Positions 61,429 through 64,000 of a DNA stretch of 64,000 bases are shown in pieces. Below the pieces are notes generated by a model. The model ran no database searches. It saw nothing but the letters and a program-made list of their open reading frames with translations, and was not told the origin of the DNA. The DNA is from Botryllus schlosseri (taxonomy: Eukaryota), in contig CM119382.1 in the NCBI GenBank assembly GCA_051294905.1, forward strand, positions 3,410,001-3,474,000, read 5' to 3'. Each line of letters opens with the position of its first letter. Within the stretch, counting starts at the first letter, position 1. A program made the translations under genes and the position numbers.

Positions 61429-63329
61429 ATTTGTTTTAGGGCATTAAAAGGCTGCGATGTCCAATTCAATATAATATTCATTCGTAGGATGTCTTTTGGC
61501 TGAGTTTGCATCACAGATTGCAAGTCGCAACCCCAACATTTTCGTCAAGACACATTTTTAACGCAGGGATTACAGGTACAGCGTCAAAGTGTAAACTGGT
61601 AACAGGAACAGTGACTAAAAGCTAGTCTTCACAGAACGTTAAATCGGCTAAATTTATACACTCTTAGATCTGGTATATTCAAAGTAACCAACGCAACTGC
61701 GTTAAAACCCCTGAAGTCGAAACGGAATCATAATGCAATCTAGTTTCAAAATAATCCGCCTACTATATAACTCTTACCAACTCTGGCGATTTGTTGACGT
61801 TCTGCCAATGCGTTGGCTTCTTAGCGACGTTTGTAGCAACAGAAATATTACTGCACTCTAGCGCCAGCTTGCGGAACATGTCAGAGATTTCTACCGGATG
61901 GATATTTATAAAAAAGTTGTATGTTTTCTGGTTCAGTCGATTATTGCTAATTTTATCAGTGCAGTTCAAATACTATATTATTGAGATGGAATGAAAGTTG
62001 AGGAAATGTCTAGTTCTAGTAAAAGCATGACGGACCTGGGATTGAGCACCGGAAGCGAAGTAGGCTACCACTTTTGAAGTACTCAAGTACAGGATTACCA
62101 TATTTTGGAATCGGGAAAGGAGGACGAATTGCCAAAAAGGAGGATATTTTCAAAAACCTGAAAAAGGAGGACGTATGGTTGGGTAACTCTACTCAAGTAG
62201 GATTCTAACAACTTGCATTACTTACAAAATTTCTTAATGCTTTTAGGCTACATCCACCTCTACTTCAGTTTTCAGGCAAATCTACTAACTTTTTACACTT
62301 CGGATTTTGCTAAGTAAAAAGCGGTTTGGATTATGTTTGCATCCTTGTTTCTAGTAAAATTCTGAGCACCCCTTAAAAGCGGAAATAAACGAGAAAAGGG
62401 CGGGTCATAGACGTGGACCGCAAAACAGGAACAACGGAAATCCATTATTTCTAAAATGCTGAAATAGCGGAGGATACGGAATGTGGAACGTTTGGTTTTG
62501 GTCCTTGACCTTTGTAACATAGCGAAAGTCGTTTCGACACCTTCCTATCTTTTCATTATATCGCAATTATGTGGTGTATTGAACTGATAAAAATTGCTAA
62601 TAAGCCGAACCTAACTCAAAGTGGTTTCGATACCTTCCTATCTTTTCATTGTATCGCAGATTTGAAATGATGAAAATATTAATAAACTTCTTCTGATTGT
62701 TTTTCAATAGTCATTTTGCGTCTGTCCCGAATACGCATGTTGCAATCTCGCAAGCATCCACCCTCCGAGTAACTATACTAAAACCTCGAGACCCGTCGAC
62801 GTAATTGACTTATTGAAACTCTATACTCCGGTGGAGCCGTTCACAACCTTTTTAGACAGTGGCTCCCTTTGAATAAATCGACGACCTTCTGTTTTCCAAA
62901 AGGTAGTTAGAATGATATAAATACACACAATCAACGTGATAGTATAATAATTTGTTATTACAATCACACTCAGTTAACGTGATGGTTTGTTTTGCCCTGA
63001 CAATGTCTTAATTGCTAGTGGAGGGAAAACAGTAAACTGAAGATGAAGAAGCCGCTTATTGCTGTACAGTGTACATGGTACTACAATACTACTTTTATTA
63101 AATTGCAATTTCTTTATTCCGTTATAGCGGAGAAGACTTAGAGACGATTAACCCTGACGAGTGCCAGCCGAAAATATTCTGGTTTATTTCAATATCATTC
63201 AATTGTATACCGAATATCTGTACCCCGATGAGTCTCTTCAGACGATAAATTGTAAAAACTTTGTCACGGACTCCCCCCCCCCCCTCCCTTGAAAACTGTT
63301 CATGGCCTCCACGTTGCGAAAGCCTGCCC

Positions 63330-64000
63330 TGGCACATTTCAAATCTTGCATTAAACACGTCTCACAGCCAAGGAGACATCACAGTATTACGCTAACACTC
63401 TTGGACAACCTTGCTGGTTTCTAAATATCAGCAGTCCTCGGATGACACCCAAACGCACTCTTTTTCCGGAATTTGTCCTATTTTTTTAGAAAAAGTGTTG
63501 AAATACTTGCAAAAATATCACTCCGACGGACTGAACCGCAGGGTTGGCTAAAAAAGAAACTAAAAATACACCCAGACGGGTATTTCGGGAACGAGATCGG
63601 AAAACTGAGCTTTTTATGGTCAACTAAATACTACTACTCGAAAAAATTTCCCATCTCCAGTTTTCTCCTCCGGTATTATAGCTCTTAAATCTTTCAAAGT
63701 GTCCTCTTTTTGAATCTCAAAATATGGCAACTCAAAAACATTTAAATCACTTTGCAGTAATGAGCCGCCAAGATACGCCAGTTGAACACAATATCGCTTG
63801 CACTGTCGAAGAAAAAAACGAACCAAGATCCCGTGATAGAAATTTTATTAAAAAGCAATATCGCATTGAGAAAAGACAAGTTTCTATCTCCGACGGTACG
63901 CCCTCGAAATTCTCCACGAATTCGGCTCTTCGTAACGGTTGTAAAGCGGCTCCAGCCTGAGCTGCTTCTTCTGCTTGCTCAACCTGGTCGGGTCGCCCAT
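63330..64000 (+). pseudogene. Degenerate SPIN/Charlie-type hAT transposase C-terminal half (runs off window)
   Basis: Frameshifted pieces in the expected order: PEFVLFFLEKVLKYL...[51 protein letters not shown]. Recalled counterparts: W..DLAFL.DI..HLN.LN, KL.LW..QL.....HFP, ELIELQ....LK.KF, L...A...L..FGSTY.CE. Confidence 0.45.

Noticed and set aside
63620-63960. Start of a fourth host gene at the right edge
   Set aside because: No phase-consistent exon chain; pieces fit a frameshifted hAT transposase relic better.
1-64000. tRNA, rRNA, snRNA genes and U12-type introns
   Set aside because: None recognised; all reconstructed donors are U2-type (GT, one GC).

Overview
AT-rich animal genomic DNA (probably a marine invertebrate; species not identifiable from sequence alone) with three multi-exon genes, reconstructed by hand from splice sites and reading-frame continuity. 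(1) A two-RRM + RS-domain splicing factor of the SREK1/SRSF11 (Srp54/RSP-7) family, minus strand, 9 coding exons, 1790-13699. (2) A TTLL4-type tubulin glutamylase, plus strand, 20 coding exons, ~18182-37386, with one GC-AG intron; it is head-to-head with SREK1 across a compact promoter centred on a perfect NRF1 site. (3) A CEP126/KIAA1377-like centrosomal protein, minus strand, at least 13 exons, ~42567-59791, 3' end uncertain. Introns are packed with non-autonomous DNA transposons: several hAT MITE families with verifiable 8-bp TSDs and repeated nesting, a Tc1/mariner-type MITE, a probable Merlin-type element, Meta-type SINEs, LINE 3' relics, decayed SPIN/Charlie-type transposase fragments and tandem arrays. 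Most short ORFs in the supplied track are artefacts of these repeats. I see no clear wholly new biological system. The best leads are: inverted intronic satellite arrays bracketing the 3' exons of TTLL4; a long-TIR Merlin-like element with telomere-like G-rich cargo; a candidate poison exon in SREK1; and a possibly dual-frame TTLL4 exon. Protein family calls rest on recalled motifs, not database searches.
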